Of a stretch of DNA of 64,000 nucleotides, positions 61,647 through 64,000 are shown in pieces (the first letter of the stretch is position 1; each line of letters opens with the position of its first letter). The DNA lies in the NCBI GenBank assembly GCA_051294905.1, contig CM119380.1, positions 11,656,001 to 11,720,000 of the forward strand, read 5' to 3'. This DNA is from Botryllus schlosseri (lineage: Eukaryota). The notes below the pieces were generated by a model that was not told the DNA's origin, ran no database searches, and saw only the letters and a list, made by a program, of their open reading frames with translations. The position numbers and the translations under genes were made by a program.

Positions 61647-64000
61647 GAAGCGAGAAGACTTGCATTATCGGCATTTACGATGTACTCGACCCTAATGAAT
61701 TGATATATTGGTAAATTTGGGGTACCGCGCTTATCGAATGTCTTAAAATCTTAATTAAGGATTGCACCATGTGTTGATTGGTCAGAGCGAAGCAGACATG
61801 GCGGCGCCTGTATGACAATGGTGTTCTCAAATCCACATTATCTTCGTCATTATCGGCGAGAAATGGCTTTGAAATGACATTGCTGTCGTTACAATACATT
61901 CATTACATCCGGTTTATTCCTTGTATATGGGGATAAATGGGCGAATAATATATCGATTCAGCTATCCGGCCCACCAAGTATTTAACTTTCCTACATCCGG
62001 CCCGCCGACTGGAGAAGTTGCCCGCCCCTGCTATATATCATCCCAACGGTCTCTGGTGGCGTTAAATGACACCAGGAATATACCGTTATTTCACAGTTGC
62101 GCAAGTTAGATTCATTTCTGTAAATTATGCGTATTAAAAAAAAAACTATGGTGTGCGACAGTTACGGCCTCACCCTCGCTCAGATGCGGTCGCGACCAAA
62201 ATTCATACCCTCGGCGACCCATAGTTAAAGAACTCCGCTATAAGCAAATAAAACGGATACGCTTGCTTAATTCTTATATCTGGATTCTTAACAAAAATTC
62301 CTTACCTGGCATGCCGTGAACCTGTAGAAGTCCTATAATGCCAGTCACAGCCATGATCACTCTCGTTGCTACGCTAAAAGGAATCATCTTCATCCCCGGT
62401 GAATAAACAAATTCTATTCGATATCGTGGCTCTGAGACTGCAAAATACGAACGGTACATACGTATCAGTGCCTTTATGCCTATAAACATATCCCGTGAAG
62501 ATTTCTGTGAATTTCCTGGTAGCGCATAAGGAACGCTAGCAAGCATTTTTTCTCACAATAGAAGTATTACTCCGACCGATGTGGTATTCTATTGCGGAAA
62601 TTCGTTGCACCCTAAAATATTTATTAAGTCTTTGCGAATGCTGATCCTCCTTGCTTGACACCACCAGAAACTGCTGCAAAAACACTACCAGTAACTATAA
62701 ACTGCTAGGATTTATGTGCTTGACGTTGTATATGATGAGTGATGCATTGCGGGTTACAGGACTTGAAAAATTGTGTGATTGCGAAGCATACGGGATGTCG
62801 CTAAACGTGAGGAAGTTGTTACTATATACTGTAGAGACACTAATGACCGCGTAAACATATAAGCCACATTTCATCATCATTGGTTTATTAGCAATTTTAT
62901 CAGTTCAATACACCACAAAAAAATGCGATACAATGAAAAGACAGGAAGGTGTCGAAGCGACAAGGAGCAGTCTATGGAATCTGACACCCACCTTGGTTTT
63001 TGCAGGTGATGTGAGAATAATTTATTGCCGCAGAGAAAAGGGGAAAAGCGGATAAGGGGAATTCCACCACGAGTCCCGTACTTGTTGTTTATTTTACCTA
63101 CCTCTTTCTGGTATCGTTAGAATACCTGCATATTTAACGAAAATAATAAAACTAATGATGGCATTTTATATTCATAACATAGGATATTCAGTCAGGACTA
63201 CTTCACTATAAATCAGGAACTCAACCATATTGGTGTTGGTCGCACGAAAATATACTTGCAATTTTCCAACCATCAATCTTTTTCTACTTTAAATTGTTGT
63301 ATTTTCCTGTTATTATTTCCTATTGATACAGCACTTGTCACTAATATTGCCAATGTACCGCTGATAAATATGCGCTTCTAAATTTCGGCACCAGATTACC
63401 CGCAATACTTCTGCTTTTGGGGATGTTATTCACGAAATCTGATGTTGAAATGATATCTCATCGTGTTCCGAATCAAGGTAACGTCCAGAAATATTTGCTA
63501 CCATTCGGAATCCCCGCCTCCAGCTCATGAGGGATGTAGTACCACGTCAAAATCACGCGCCCCTTTATATATGCGAGAGATCACCCTTTGCGGTATTATG
63601 TAAACGCGATGGCGGCGAAAAAATTCCGAGAATCGTTAGCGACAATTGCGCGAGACTCCAATACGCAACACGAGCGCAATACGAAAATGGACTTATGCAC
63701 ACACGTGGTCATTTCGACATCCTACTATCTATTCGTTGCATCGCATTGTACATTGTTCAATTCAATTCAAATTATTGCATCAAATTTCATCATTTCAATG
63801 CACCACAAGGCTGCGATACAATGAAAGATGTGTCGAAACGACTTGGAGTTGTCTTCGGTATCAGAATTCTACCTGGCCTAGGCGAAGCAGCTGCCGACTC
63901 GTAGCACGGCCCACTTCTAGGCTTTTTAAGACACCGCTTACACTGATGATATGGCGAGGAGGAGCCTAGATAAACCTACCGCACTTAGGTAGAAATTCTG

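Overview
AT-rich eukaryotic (invertebrate-type; taxon not determinable) genomic DNA made mostly of nested transposons. No prokaryotic genes or CRISPR arrays. Many boundaries were fixed by reading TIRs and target-site duplications (TSDs) directly. Main components: (1) a 9.9-kb foldback/MULE-like element (4686-14567, 9-bp TSD) containing a 6.3-kb CMC/EnSpm-type element (7536-13835, TA TSD); (2) an I-group LINE (partial APE, RT, RNase H, CCHC, (AAT)n tail; 15634-20374) whose surviving ORF2 is open apart from one 1.3-kb DNA-transposon insertion, which itself carries tandem exon-intron units; (3) a decayed minus-strand CR1/L2-type LINE split by three insertions within 23 bp; (4) two young ~840-bp non-coding LTR elements (TRIM-like; 167-bp LTRs, 4-bp TSDs); (5) about 20 hAT-type non-autonomous elements with 8-bp TSDs, Kolobok-type palindromes and a Chapaev-like transposase relic; (6) a spliced, decayed SAM/C2H2 gene of the type associated with EnSpm elements (51.2-57.1 kb); (7) three candidate in-phase minus-strand exons of an unidentified host gene (37.5-40.5 kb) ending in KKRR-DHDETHPLYII*. 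Most short ORFs in the supplied track are spurious. All family names come from motif recognition, not database searches.
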